NCBI GenBank assembly: GCA_964498245.1
Contig: CAZCGK010000009.1
Span: forward strand, 1,607 to 65,606
Direction: 5' to 3'
Length of the DNA stretch: 64,000 bases
Origin: an uncultured archaeon
Lineage (GTDB): Archaea; Aenigmatarchaeota; Aenigmatarchaeia; QMZP01
The notes below the pieces were generated by a model. That model ran no database searches and was not told the origin of the DNA. It was given only the letters and a program-made list of their open reading frames with translations. Positions 18,800 to 27,439 of this stretch are shown piece after piece; within the stretch, counting starts at the first letter, position 1; the number at the start of each line of letters is the position of its first letter. A program made the position numbers and the translations under genes.

Positions 18800-19903
18800 A
18801 TGGACGATTTTGTTTATTTGCTTGTGATTGCTGTTGCCCTCCTGGTTGTTATCGGACTTGCTGCAACTTTTCTTCAATGGACACCTCCGGAAAAATACAC
18901 ACTCATAGGAGAGTTCTCCGGAGGCTATGCTGGATTTACAAATCAGGCATCAAAGATCATAGACCTCGGTTCCTTCAGCGTTGGTGAAACACAAAAGGAA
19001 AATCTGAAAACCGTTCCGCAACTACAGGTTTCTTCCAGCTGGTTTGGAAGTGAAAGAAAGAAATATTATATAACGGTTCCTGAATGGCTTGAAGTAACAA
19101 AAAGAGGTGTTAGAATAAGCTTCTATGTGTACGATACTAACAGATACGGAAACCTGATAATAAAATGGAACGGAAAGGTTTTCTTTTCAAAACCCGCTGA
19201 GACCAAGCACTACACCGTATTTATAAACTCAAGTTATGTGAAAGGCTCGAACACACTGGAGATTTACACTGACGGTCCAGGTTTCATGTTCTGGGCTTCA
19301 ACCGTTTACATTCTCAAAAACATGAACATAAATCTGGAATACGGACCGGATAAAATCATTGCTTTTTCCATGCTTCCTGATGAGGTGAGTATGTTCGATA
19401 AGGGGCAGATAAGCTTTTATGCAAGCGGTACAGGAAATCTGAAGGTGAAAGTCAACGGTGTTGAAATTTACAGCGGTGCACCCAAAGGTGTGACCACGGT
19501 AGAATTCGATTATCTCGATACCCCTATAAAATCCGGAAGTAACATAATAACATTCATTGATAGAGATGGTGTTTACAGTCTTCACGATGTGGAACTGAAG
19601 ATTTACCTTCTCCATAACAAATCTGTGATAATCAGAAAATTCAACATCACCGAAGAGAACTACAGTCTTCTGGAAAAGGGTTTGGTAAAGGGGAGGATTG
19701 ATTACAGAGTTGAAACAATTGCAAGACCAGGACCGCTTACCATAAAACTCAACGGCAATACCCTGGGTGTATTCAATCCAGAGGAAGGATGGAATTCTGC
19801 TGAATTTGATGTTAATGATGCTCAGTTGGGAGAGAACGATATCGAGTTTTCCGGAACCGGAGGATACCAGATACCGGAAATAAAAATCGGGCTTGTAGCA
19901 TAA
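18800..19903 (+). CDS. N-terminally membrane-anchored extracellular protein (hypothetical)
   Basis: N-terminal transmembrane segment 'YLLVIAVALLVVIGLAATFL' followed by a beta-rich body. Lies upstream of the S-layer-like gene. Confidence 0.5.
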   Translation: MDDFVYLLVIAVALLVVIGLAATFLQWTPPEKYTLIGEFSGGYAGFTNQASKIIDLGSFSVGETQKENLKTVPQLQVSSSWFGSERKKYYITVPEWLEVTKRGVRISFYVYDTNRYGNLIIKWNGKVFFSKPAETKHYTVFINSSYVKGSNTLEIYTDGPGFMFWASTVYILKNMNINLEYGPDKIIAFSMLPDEVSMFDKGQISFYASGTGNLKVKVNGVEIYSGAPKGVTTVEFDYLDTPIKSGSNIITFIDRDGVYSLHDVELKIYLLHNKSVIIRKFNITEENYSLLEKGLVKGRIDYRVETIARPGPLTIKLNGNTLGVFNPEEGWNSAEFDVNDAQLGENDIEFSGTGGYQIPEIKIGLVA

Positions 19904-19974
19904 AACATAAAATTCTTTTAAATTCGATATATTTGTAGCAATTTTTATAAATTTTACTACATATATGTAGAATT

Positions 19975-21297
19975 ATGGACAAAAATCAGCTGATAAGTGT
20001 TCTTGCTCCGTGGAATCTGTGGGGAAATAAGATAGATACGGGAATAAAAAGAGAGGAATATATAAAAGAAGCACGCGAGTGCTTGAAAACAAACAGCGTG
20101 TTGGCATTAATAGGTATAAGAAGATCCGGAAAAAGCTATATAACGAAACAGATTGCTTCAACTTTGACAAAGAAAAAAGAAGACTCGCTTATAGTAAATT
20201 TTGAAGAAGTGAAGCTGCAGGAGCCTGCAACCAAAGATCTTTTGGTAAAAATATATGAAGCATATCTTGAAATAGTTAAACCTACATCAAAACCGCTCAT
20301 TATACTTGATGAGGTACAGAATGTAAAAGGTTGGGAGAAATTTGTAAGAACTCTACATGAAAGAAAAGAAGCAAAAATTGTAGTAACAGGATCGAGTGCA
20401 AAGCTTATGAGTGAAGAACTTGCCACACTTCTCACAGGAAGGATTTTGTCAATAAACGTTTTTCCTTTATCCTTCAGAGAATTTCTAATATTTAAAGGGA
20501 TTAAAATTCATACAGAGCTTGATGTTCTCAGAAATGAAAGGAAAATAAAAACATTACTTCACGAATATCTCGAATTCGGAGGATTTCCAGAGGTTGTACT
20601 TACAGAAAGAAAAGACATAAAAACAAAGCTTCTTCAAACATACTATGATGATATATTGGTTAAGGATATTGTGAAAAGATATGATATTCGAAAACCGGGA
20701 AAGCTTGAAATAATAGGAAATTTCTATATAAACAATTTTTCGTCAAGAATAACGTTCAATTCAATAGCGAGGTTTACGAAACTTAATGAGAACATAGTTG
20801 AAAGGTATACAAAATATTTGGAAAATGCAAAATTATTGTTTCTTCTCAAAGCTTTCAGTCCTTCAATAAAAGAAGAGGAAAGCAATCCGAAAAAAGCCTA
20901 TATTATGGATATTGGTTTCAAAAACGTAATGAATCTCTCTCTTTCGGACAGAATAACCGCGGGATACGAAAATGTTGTCGCTGTTCATTTGTTAAAGAGG
21001 CACGGAAAAAATCTCTTTTACTGGAAAGACTATCATAACCGAGAAGTTGATTTTGTAATAAAGAAGGGAAATAAAATAGAATACCTGATTCAGGTATGTT
21101 ACAATATAAATGATGAGACCACGAGAAAAAGAGAGCTGAGGTCTTTGTTACATGCATCAAAAAATCTCAGATGCAAAAATCTGCTTGTGATCACGGATAA
21201 TTATGATGGTGAGGAAGAAGTGGAGTGGTGGGGTCTGAAAAGAAAGGTCAGATTTGTCCAACTCTGGAGATGGTTATTAACGCATGAAAACGGTTAA
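19975..21297 (+). CDS. AAA+ ATPase with C-terminal DUF4143 (restriction-endonuclease-like) domain
   Basis: Walker A 'IGIRRSGKSY' and Walker B 'LIILDEVQ' are present. Overall architecture is shared with the paralog at 35043..36317. Confidence 0.75.
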   Translation: MDKNQLISVLAPWNLWGNKIDTGIKREEYIKEARECLKTNSVLALIGIRRSGKSYITKQIASTLTKKKEDSLIVNFEEVKLQEPATKDLLVKIYEAYLEIVKPTSKPLIILDEVQNVKGWEKFVRTLHERKEAKIVVTGSSAKLMSEELATLLTGRILSINVFPLSFREFLIFKGIKIHTELDVLRNERKIKTLLHEYLEFGGFPEVVLTERKDIKTKLLQTYYDDILVKDIVKRYDIRKPGKLEIIGNFYINNFSSRITFNSIARFTKLNENIVERYTKYLENAKLLFLLKAFSPSIKEEESNPKKAYIMDIGFKNVMNLSLSDRITAGYENVVAVHLLKRHGKNLFYWKDYHNREVDFVIKKGNKIEYLIQVCYNINDETTRKRELRSLLHASKNLRCKNLLVITDNYDGEEEVEWWGLKRKVRFVQLWRWLLTHENG

Positions 21298-21564
21298 AAA
21301 ACAAGAATTTCTAAAATCAAATTTTATAGTTAATTATAATCTATTTTTGCTTTTGAAACAATTAAATTAAAAAACAGATATTTTTAATAAATAAAAACAA
21401 ATAAAATATCGGCTAAAAATTGTTTCTGAAACTGTTTCAAGTAACCTATATATATAGGGTAAAACCAACTATCTAACATCAGTTATTTCGCTTCTGGGTA
21501 CTGGAAGAACGATCCGTTCTTCCTTTATCCGGGGCGAAATATAAACTATACGGAGGAATGAAAA
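21298..21564 (+). promoter_or_regulatory. strong promoter and long 5' leader of the surface-protein gene
   Basis: AT-rich region with palindromic TATA 'cctatatatatagg' (about 21446-21459), a leader hairpin 'ggaagaacgatccgttcttcc' (21503-21523), and 'ggagg' 9 nt before the ATG. Confidence 0.5.
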
Positions 21565-24063
21565 ATGAATATTAGAAAGGTACTGGCAGGAGGTCTTGCT
21601 GCACTTACTGCCGGTGCAACTGTGGCATTCGGCGCATTTGCGCAGAGCACATCTCTTAAGGACTACGTTGTAGCCACACCTGAAGGTGTGCTTACATCCC
21701 CGATAATAGTGGTACCCAGCTACGAAGGAATAACACCTCCGGCAGGTCTTGCAAAGGATATTGTCGGAGCAGCAGACATCGCAGCAGCTGTTGCTGGCTA
21801 TGCAACACAGGAGGTTTCAGTCGGTACAGGAACAACAGTTTCCGTGAGCAACGGTGTTGACATTTCTACAGCAAACACAAAGATTTACTTGGGAGACAGC
21901 CTGACAAAGTCAGGTCTGAAAACAACCCTGACAAAGAATGATCTCCCAACACTTCTGGCATCCGGAACTGTAACAGATGACAGCGGAAACACATATCCAT
22001 ATGACCAGTACATAACACTGTCTGCAGGTACTGTAACAGCAGGAAAGAGCAATGGTGACCTTTCCGACCCTGCAATATACATAGATACAGGTTACAGCAC
22101 AACAACACCTCTTTACAAGATATCAATAGTATTTAACAAACTCCTGAACGCTTCAAGTACAGATGTGCAGGGTAACAGCATAGAGATTCTGGGACAGGCT
22201 TACTCAATAGGAGCAGGAAGCAGTGATACAAAGCTTGTTCTCTACTCCAGTGCAAACAAGCAGACAATAAGCCAGGGAGAAACCGTAACAGTCAACATTG
22301 ATGGTGTTGACCATGAAATCGGTCTGATAGGTACATCAAGCACAACCACAGCTGTTATAACAGTGGACGGTGAATCAAGGTCCGTAACAAAAGGAAACTC
22401 CTACACAATAGCAGGATTGAATGTATACATAGAGGATGTATTCTACTTCGGAGGAGGAGCAACAGCACCTCCGGGACAGGTCGTTCTCAGCGTCAGCACA
22501 GGTGCATCCAAGATAACACTTGAAAACGGCCAGCCTGTAAAGGTTGGAACACAGGATGATATTGTAGACGGAACTCTGGTATCGATAACATCAACATCAG
22601 GACAGGGTATTTCCAAGATAGAGATATCCGTAACAGCAAAGGACCAGAACGCTGATTACATACTTGAGGGAGAAGCATTTACAGACCCAGTTTTCGGAAG
22701 CTTCAAGATCGCCTTCGGCGGCATGAACATGGGAACAACTGACACAATAACAGTAGACAACTCAGGAACAACTGCAGCCTCTCTAAAGGTAACAGACTAC
22801 AGAGGAAATGAGAAGACAATCACCTGGGCTTACACATCTTCAAGCAACTTCAACCCAGCACTTAACGAAACAAGCACAAGGCAGTTCCATGTAGTCGAAG
22901 GTGAGGCGGTAAAGAAGGGTGATTATGTACTTCTTGCACCTTCACAGGGATCCGAATTCGGTCATATAATGCAGTACACATCCTCAGGCAGCCTCGGACA
23001 GAGCGGTGCATACATAGACCTGAAGGATGTATTTACCGGAACAACAACAAGAGTCTACCTCACGGAAGGTAACAACTGGGGAGGAACATTCTACATAGAC
23101 GGTCAGCAGTACTATGTGAACTCAAGTGGTAGCGGTTCCTCGGATATGGTATTCACATGGGGAACAACTGCAAGTAGAGGTAGTGCAGGAAATGAGACAA
23201 CCGTGTTCCCACTGATAAAGCTCAACGGTGGTGAGTGGTTCACATTGACAACAAAGGTAAGTCTTAGCGATGGTACATGGTATGAGCTGCCAACAGGAAC
23301 ATTCTATTACAATGCAACAACAGATGCAAACTCTATTAAGCCACTAGGAAGGGTTACATACAACATAACAAGCGGACAACTCGCACTGGCAAACCCATCT
23401 GACAACACACAGCTCCAGTATCCAGCAGTTCTCGTACTTGAAGAGAAAGCAAAGGATGCAAACAACAATGATGTGCAGGATGCAATAATTGTAACCATAG
23501 CTGACGGCAGTGGAAGTGGTGTGGATCTCACAATTCAGGCACCTCTGCTAACAGCTACAGGTGCAAGTACAGGATACACAAAGGAAAGTGACAACAGCGT
23601 GACTGTATACGCGGACAGAAGAGGAACAATGGTTGAACATGATACAGACAGCCAGGGACTTGTGACAATCACATATCCGGATGAGCAGGCAACTGCAAAT
23701 GTTGCTGTAGGTCCGGATCCACAGTTCTCTGTTGCAGGCGAGGCAGGAACAGTTGAGCAGGCAATCAAGATAACCACACCGGTTGCCAAGCTCGACAATG
23801 AAATAAACACAGCATCTCTGACAGGAGACCTCATCCTCATCGGAGGACCATGTGCTAACAAGCTGGTAGCACAGCTCGCTGAGGATGAGACCACAGGTAT
23901 TCCAGCATGCGATGCATGGGATCTCTCAAAGGGTCTCATCAAGGAAGTAACAAACGCATTTGGTTCAGGAAAGAAAGCTCTCGTCGTTGCCGGTACAACC
24001 GCTGACGACACAAGAGAGCTTGCAGCCAAGGTAATGCAGGGAGTACTGTCTTTTGAAGAATAA
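21565..24063 (+). CDS. secreted Thr/Ser-rich surface (S-layer-like) protein
   Basis: Signal peptide 'MNIRKVLAGGLAALTAGATVAFGAFAQ'. The 832-aa body has T/S/G-rich, low-charge composition, many N-x-T/S sequons, and an oligo-T terminator downstream. Confidence 0.6.
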   Translation: MNIRKVLAGGLAALTAGATVAFGAFAQSTSLKDYVVATPEGVLTSPIIVVPSYEGITPPAGLAKDIVGAADIAAAVAGYATQEVSVGTGTTVSVSNGVDISTANTKIYLGDSLTKSGLKTTLTKNDLPTLLASGTVTDDSGNTYPYDQYITLSAGTVTAGKSNGDLSDPAIYIDTGYSTTTPLYKISIVFNKLLNASSTDVQGNSIEILGQAYSIGAGSSDTKLVLYSSANKQTISQGETVTVNIDGVDHEIGLIGTSSTTTAVITVDGESRSVTKGNSYTIAGLNVYIEDVFYFGGGATAPPGQVVLSVSTGASKITLENGQPVKVGTQDDIVDGTLVSITSTSGQGISKIEISVTAKDQNADYILEGEAFTDPVFGSFKIAFGGMNMGTTDTITVDNSGTTAASLKVTDYRGNEKTITWAYTSSSNFNPALNETSTRQFHVVEGEAVKKGDYVLLAPSQGSEFGHIMQYTSSGSLGQSGAYIDLKDVFTGTTTRVYLTEGNNWGGTFYIDGQQYYVNSSGSGSSDMVFTWGTTASRGSAGNETTVFPLIKLNGGEWFTLTTKVSLSDGTWYELPTGTFYYNATTDANSIKPLGRVTYNITSGQLALANPSDNTQLQYPAVLVLEEKAKDANNNDVQDAIIVTIADGSGSGVDLTIQAPLLTATGASTGYTKESDNSVTVYADRRGTMVEHDTDSQGLVTITYPDEQATANVAVGPDPQFSVAGEAGTVEQAIKITTPVAKLDNEINTASLTGDLILIGGPCANKLVAQLAEDETTGIPACDAWDLSKGLIKEVTNAFGSGKKALVVAGTTADDTRELAAKVMQGVLSFEE

Positions 24064-24100
24064 GACGGTTACTTCCTTCCCTTTCTTTTTTATTTTATTT
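24064..24100 (+). terminator. oligo-T archaeal terminator
   Basis: 'ccctttcttttttattttattttgtttc' lies immediately after the stop codon. Confidence 0.5.
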
Positions 24101-24325
24101 TGTTTCAGAAATAATCACGATTTTTTCACAAATTTGTGAAAAATTTTAAATTTTCTATCATGTATATCGGAAATTCCATACTCAACACCAACCAGTAATT
24201 ATCAATCTCTGCAGAAAAACTTAAATTCCTGAAAACAAGAAACATGGACAGAGACCCTACGAAAATAAATTAACAAAACGCACCTACTTTAAAATTTATA
24301 AATTATTAGTTACCAAAATAACAAT

Positions 24326-24877
24326 ATGGTCAAAAAAGTTTCAATATGGTCAAGTTTGGAACCTTTACTTTATTTGGAAGAACCTGTACATCTGGCAGAA
24401 ATCTCAAAAAAACTGAAAAAACCGCACACAACAGTAAGAAAACACCTTGCAGTTTTTGAAAAAATGGGCTTGGTAGCAAAAGAAAGGAAGGGCAGACAAA
24501 CCTTTTATAAACTAAAAGAAATCCCTTTATTTATCGATTACCTGACGATAATAGAAAAAGAGAAATTGATCAAAATATGCGAAAAAAACCTTATGTTCAA
24601 AGAAATAGTTGATTACCTTCACGATTTTGATAACATGTTTGTTATATTTGGTTCTGCTGTTGAATCGATTAAGAAAGCAAATGATATAGACCTCCTTGTA
24701 ATAGGAAAATTCAAAAAAGAAAAACTGAAAGTTCTTGAAGGCAGGTTAAATGTTAAATTCCACATAATAAATGTCAGAAACTTGAATGAAATCAGTGAAA
24801 CATTAAAAAAGGAAATTGTTGATAAGCATGTGATAATTCAAGGGAGTGAAAAGTTGATAAAATGGTTGATAAGTTAA
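24326..24877 (+). CDS. wHTH-fused minimal nucleotidyltransferase (MntA-like antitoxin component)
   Basis: NTase motif 'FGSAVESIKKANDIDLLV' (GS...DxD). The N-terminal part resembles a winged-helix DNA-binding domain. Confidence 0.7.
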   Translation: MVKKVSIWSSLEPLLYLEEPVHLAEISKKLKKPHTTVRKHLAVFEKMGLVAKERKGRQTFYKLKEIPLFIDYLTIIEKEKLIKICEKNLMFKEIVDYLHDFDNMFVIFGSAVESIKKANDIDLLVIGKFKKEKLKVLEGRLNVKFHIINVRNLNEISETLKKEIVDKHVIIQGSEKLIKWLIS

Positions 24878-25335
24878 AATGGTGCTTTGAGCAGAAAAGA
24901 GGAATAAAACTTATAAAACCAAATGAAAATCTTGCAAAGGAATATATAAGAAGTGCAGAAGAAACATTACTTATCCTAAAAGACATAGAAGGAAAATCAA
25001 ATATGTGGCTTGCAACAACTAGATACTATTGTGAATATTTTATTGTTTATGCTTTATTAATGAAACTCGGCATTAAATCTGAAATTCATGATTGTACAAT
25101 CGAAATTGCTAGATTTCTTGAAAAGCAAGGAATTCTTATGAAAGGAACAACAAAAATGTTGGAAAGGGATAAAGAATTAAGAATAGATAATCAGTATTAT
25201 TTAAAAAACAGAAAAGTTGATATGGATTTCAATAAACTTAGAGATTTTGTATTAATGATTAAAGAAAAAATCAATACCATAACAAACGAAGAAATTCAGA
25301 AGATTAGAATACAGCTGGAAGATTTAAGAACTTGA
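24862..25335 (+). CDS. HEPN-domain protein (HepT-like toxin component)
   Basis: 157-aa helical protein overlapping the NTase gene by 16 nt, the classic MNT-HEPN arrangement. The HEPN assignment rests on context plus helical composition; no clear Rx4-6H motif is visible. Confidence 0.55.
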   Translation: MVDKLKWCFEQKRGIKLIKPNENLAKEYIRSAEETLLILKDIEGKSNMWLATTRYYCEYFIVYALLMKLGIKSEIHDCTIEIARFLEKQGILMKGTTKMLERDKELRIDNQYYLKNRKVDMDFNKLRDFVLMIKEKINTITNEEIQKIRIQLEDLRT

Positions 25336-25344
25336 AACGCACTT

Positions 25345-27399
25345 TCACAAAAATCCTTTCACAGCTTCGCTTGCTTCATGATCTATTCTGTTGAAAACCC
25401 CATCTACCAAAATCCTTTTTTCACCTTTTTTAATCATCCAGTAAGGATAATATACAGCCTCTGCTTTTATAACCGTTACATTCCAGAGCTCGGAAATCTT
25501 TCTGACAAAATCCGAAGATATCATAAAGTTCAGAACCCTTCCAGAAATCTCTCCGGAAACAGGTTTTTCCTTTAACTGAACTTGATGCAGATTTGGGGGT
25601 ATGTTTTCCAGAACAAGAGAATTTCTGTACATGTAACCGTCTGTTGATACAAAACCACGGGAAACAAGATCGCGAATGTTTGTTTGCACCGTGCTTAGAG
25701 GCATTTTCAAACCCTCGGCAATCCTTTCAAGTGTGGAAAGGCCCTGTTTGGTTAGATATAGTATTATCAGCCTGCTGGAAGGATGTAATTCCAGAAGCTT
25801 TCTTACACCTTTACTTCTCTCCACATCCTCTCCCCTCTGAAATACAATTTCTCCCGTAACCCCATCAACATAAAGATTAAAGGTATAGCTTTTGAATTTC
25901 ACCCTGACCTTCCATAAAGGATAGTAAACAAGCTCGGGTTTTTCCACACCTTTATAAACAGACAGGATATCACCCTCTCTGTATCTCGGCTCGAACAGAA
26001 GAATTTTTTCTTTTTCCTTTTCAGGGAGTGATATACTTACATCCTCTCCTCCATGCTGGGTTCTCCTTATCCTTATATCTACAACCAGAGGATGTTCCGT
26101 AGCACCTACGATCATGGCAACACCCACAGGCAGGTCCCTTATTTCCTCTTTCATACCGGAAGTAAATCCTTCCAAAGATTCTGCTATTGCTTTGAGATCA
26201 TTAGGATTTGTGACCTTCAGGATTATCTGGGTATTGCACTGAGAGAGAACGGATTTATCTATCCTTGCAGGTCTCTGTGTTACAACACACAAACCAAAAC
26301 CAAACTTTCTTCCCTCACTTGCAACAGTTCTTATCATCTTGGAACTTGCCACTTCTCCGAAACCTCTTTCCGGACAGAAATTGTGAGCCTCTTCCAGAAC
26401 AAGAAGAAATGGTGGTATCAGATTATGCTTCCTTGCATGAAACAGTTCTTCAACAACCTTCATCACAATTATCTGCTGAATTTCGGGTTTTCCATCCTTG
26501 AGATCTATAATGGAGATCTTGCCCTTCTGCACAAGGTCCTGAGGCAGTGTAGCATCCGGTGAGAAGAGTTTCGTATCTTCCAAAAACTCGAGCATTGAAA
26601 CAACATTCCACTTCACAGGAGAACTCTGCGCCATCACTTCCTCTATAAGGTCGCGAAGGGTATAATCCTTTCCCTCCAAGCTCTTAAGAGCCGAATAAAT
26701 TATACCTTTCTGCGCAGAGGATAAAGATGTGGGTAACATCTGAAATATCTCTTGGGCTGTCAGCTTTGAACTGAGTTTTATCTTCTTCATACCGGAAAGC
26801 GAAAAAACATTTATTTTTTCCCTGTAAGATTTCGGTTTTATACCGAACCTTTCTGCAAGTCTGAGCTCCTGAGGATTTTTATTTTCCTTTCTGAGACTTG
26901 CATACTCACCATGAGGGTCTATGATAACCGCAGGAATATTGTTTTCAGCAAGTTCTTCAAGAAGAACACCAACCACATAGCTTTTACCTGCACCGGTTTT
27001 TGCAAGAACGGAGATATGTTTTTTTATTATACGTTCTATATCCAGCATAACCTTTATATCATAACCCTCAAGAAGACCTATATACGCACCGGATTTTGAA
27101 AGACCGAGAGTTTCCATTATAAAATCCCTTTCAGCCGCATATACAGGCGTGCCAGGAGCTAAGGGAATTTTGGGTGTTTGCAAAAAACCCCTGTTATCCC
27201 TGTATCCTATCACCTTTGCACCGACTCTTATGCAATCTCCATACTGTACAACAGAATCCACCAGCGCAAGAACCCATTTACCTTCAGGATCCTTAGCAGC
27301 AACATAATCCAGTCTGTTTACTCTGGCTTCAGCTTTAAAACTGAACCTTTTGGTTGTTGTTTTGCCGCAAACCTTCCCTAAAAGCATGAGATTCACCAA
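25345..27399 (-). CDS. HerA-like (DUF87) FtsK/HerA-superfamily ATPase with C-terminal wHTH and duplicated small domains
   Basis: Walker A 'LAKTGAGKSYVVG' and Walker B 'LLVLEEAHNF' are present, with a HAS-barrel-like N-terminus. The C-terminal roughly 200 aa contain a wHTH (LYLTKQGLSTLERIAEGL...RDLVSRGFV) and two 'VYYP.W' repeats. Confidence 0.65.
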   Translation of the reverse strand: MVNLMLLGKVCGKTTTKRFSFKAEARVNRLDYVAAKDPEGKWVLALVDSVVQYGDCIRVGAKVIGYRDNRGFLQTPKIPLAPGTPVYAAERDFIMETLGLSKSGAYIGLLEGYDIKVMLDIERIIKKHISVLAKTGAGKSYVVGVLLEELAENNIPAVIIDPHGEYASLRKENKNPQELRLAERFGIKPKSYREKINVFSLSGMKKIKLSSKLTAQEIFQMLPTSLSSAQKGIIYSALKSLEGKDYTLRDLIEEVMAQSSPVKWNVVSMLEFLEDTKLFSPDATLPQDLVQKGKISIIDLKDGKPEIQQIIVMKVVEELFHARKHNLIPPFLLVLEEAHNFCPERGFGEVASSKMIRTVASEGRKFGFGLCVVTQRPARIDKSVLSQCNTQIILKVTNPNDLKAIAESLEGFTSGMKEEIRDLPVGVAMIVGATEHPLVVDIRIRRTQHGGEDVSISLPEKEKEKILLFEPRYREGDILSVYKGVEKPELVYYPLWKVRVKFKSYTFNLYVDGVTGEIVFQRGEDVERSKGVRKLLELHPSSRLIILYLTKQGLSTLERIAEGLKMPLSTVQTNIRDLVSRGFVSTDGYMYRNSLVLENIPPNLHQVQLKEKPVSGEISGRVLNFMISSDFVRKISELWNVTVIKAEAVYYPYWMIKKGEKRILVDGVFNRIDHEASEAVKGFL

Positions 27400-27439
27400 T
27401 AAAATTTTTTAAAACCGGAATTTTAAATAACTGAAATTT

